A stretch of 64,000 bases of DNA, from NCBI GenBank assembly GCA_013239625.1, contig MU053994.1, forward strand, positions 1,057,775-1,121,774, in the 5' to 3' direction. The DNA comes from Lama guanicoe. Its lineage: Eukaryota. Below the pieces are notes generated by a model. The model was given only the letters and a program-made list of their open reading frames with translations. It ran no database searches and was not told the origin of the DNA. Shown here piece by piece: positions 63,578-64,000 of this stretch. The translations under genes and the position numbers were made by a program. How positions within the stretch are numbered: the first letter of the stretch is position 1; the number at the start of each line of letters is the position of its first letter.

Positions 63578-64000
63578 GCAATGGGTACCAAGGGCAGGGC
63601 TGCGGGCACAGTCAGCCCCAGATGCAGGCATCCCTGGGTGCAAGGAGTAAGATGATGCATTGTTTGGGGAGAAATTAAAAACAATAATAAAACCCACTGA
63701 AAGTTGTTATCTTTTATTGGCAACATGTCCAAGTAATTCTAAACAACGTCAGTGAGGGTCCTCCCTTCACAGCCCAAATACCTTACTGGTTTAAGTTCTA
63801 AAATTGCTGAGTTTTAAATAATATATATGTAAGCTTCAAATGAGTATATCTCCATCACTTACCTGGAAAGAAACATTGTTTTCGGCATGGAAGATGATGC
63901 AGGGAACCCCAATTATATAGAAGGCCACAGACACAGCAGTCAGCAGCATGCATTCGATTCTAGAGGAAGTTCGTATTGGTTCAGAGTCATTTGAGCTCAC
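63578..64000. mobile_element. hAT-Tip100 (Arthur1/MER69-like) fossil
   Basis: gtaccaagggcaggg…gggtgcaagg…tgcattgtttggggagaaattaaaaacaataataaaacc…aattctaaacaacgtcagtga. Family name tentative. Confidence 0.55.

Noticed and set aside
1..64000. CRISPR arrays, operons or another novel multi-gene system
   Set aside because: Mammalian intronic and intergenic DNA; no spaced repeat array or gene cluster is visible.

Overview
Mammalian genomic DNA, most likely a camelid judging from the tRNA-derived SINE family and the L1 3' ends (inference). The window holds the 3' end of TSPAN7 on the + strand. The last coding exon (5143-5211) encodes LIGMLLACCLSRFITANQYEMV*. A 247-bp intron starts 4 nt after the stop codon, and the non-coding terminal exon has AATAAA at 6402. 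In other mammals this gene is X-linked and upstream of MID1IP1/BCOR. The remaining ~57 kb is intergenic and repeat-rich: old and young L1s (including a four-level nest at 21.7-33.6 kb), MaLR LTRs, L2/MIR, DNA-transposon fossils and a rearranged non-coding ERV1 cluster at 50.2-57.9 kb. Several non-repetitive, motif-dense islands look like enhancers. No other protein-coding gene is supported, and none of the listed ORFs is a credible intact gene. I see no evidence of a new multi-gene system. The most unusual structures are: (i) an inverted copy of unique sequence from 20.6-20.8 kb pasted into an LTR at 16.5 kb between 18-bp direct repeats; (ii) a provirus with an opposite-orientation env-tail/PPT/LTR inside it; (iii) a 128-bp near-identical tract between otherwise diverged LTRs. 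Repeat family names come from my recall of consensus sequences, and many boundaries are approximate.
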